DNA from: Akkermansia muciniphila ATCC BAA-835
GTDB lineage: Bacteria; Verrucomicrobiota; Verrucomicrobiia; Verrucomicrobiales; Akkermansiaceae
Length of the DNA stretch: 32,000 nucleotides
Reading direction: 5' to 3'
NCBI RefSeq assembly: GCF_000020225.1
Contig: NC_010655.1
Location: forward strand, 2,632,103-2,664,102
Part shown: positions 31,813 through 32,000 of the stretch, in pieces
Layout: each line of letters begins with the position of its first letter
Position numbering within the stretch: the first letter of the stretch is position 1
The notes under the pieces: generated by a model
Database searches by the model: none
What the model was told of the DNA's origin: nothing
Seen by the model: only the letters and a program-made list of their open reading frames with translations
Program-made: the position numbers and the translations under genes

Positions 31813-32000
31813 TTTTCTATTTACCTCTCTGCCCCGTTCCTGCTTATGGGCGGAATCCCCTGCACCAAATGGACGGGTAGCTATTCCCGTCTCTCGTTAA
31901 AGGGTATATAGTAAATTCGGGAAAGGTCTTCCATTTCTCTTTTCCTCCTGAAATTTTCTGCCCGCCGAAAAAAATATCATCAACAATAATTTGATAATAA

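Noticed and set aside
1-32000. CRISPR arrays, IS elements or transposases, rRNA genes, prophage or defence-system genes
   Set aside because: I saw no regularly spaced direct repeats, no terminal inverted repeats flanking a transposase-like ORF, and no rRNA-like conserved stretches. Every ORF with recognisable motifs has a housekeeping or surface-protein assignment.

Overview
This is a chromosomal, mostly housekeeping window of about 55-60% G+C. It is gene-dense and most genes lie on the minus strand. The content (a PEP-CTERM protein, a Sel1-repeat protein, a GH18/LamG/BACON glycosidase, a long-form SecA, weak Shine-Dalgarno signals) fits a Verrucomicrobia genome such as Akkermansia, but that taxonomic call is inference only. 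I support 17 protein genes, read left to right. (1) The 3' part of an ANL-type AMP-binding ligase. (2) A 920-aa secreted Sel1-repeat protein. (3) A roughly 1,233-aa secreted GH18 glycosidase with two LamG domains and a BACON-like domain. (4) A low-GC PEP-CTERM protein. (5) A Gfo/Idh/MocA oxidoreductase. (6) An M3 zinc oligopeptidase. (7) A TPR-like lipoprotein. (8) argS. (9) A membrane protein with two zinc ribbons. (10) A GNAT acetyltransferase. (11) A secreted thioredoxin-fold CPPC protein. (12) A TfoX_N protein. (13) A chloramphenicol-phosphotransferase-like P-loop kinase. (14) A 1,840-aa tandem UvrA-UvrA fusion. (15) secA. (16) An ArgA-like acetyltransferase. One tRNA-Ser(UGA) and several hairpins or intrinsic terminators are also present. 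I saw no rRNA, CRISPR array, transposase, integrase or phage genes. The items most worth a second look are: (a) the double UvrA, whose two halves have lost different domains; (b) an exact 15-nt palindromic element present twice, in inverted orientation, in the AT-rich region upstream of the PEP-CTERM gene; (c) the GH18/LamG/BACON plus PEP-CTERM gene pair; (d) the double zinc-ribbon membrane protein and the 735-bp gene-poor region downstream of it. Almost all long ORFs on the opposite strand are codon-aligned antisense shadows, and I rejected them. I found no clear evidence of a new multi-gene system. Every family assignment comes from motif recognition by eye and needs an HMM or BLAST check.
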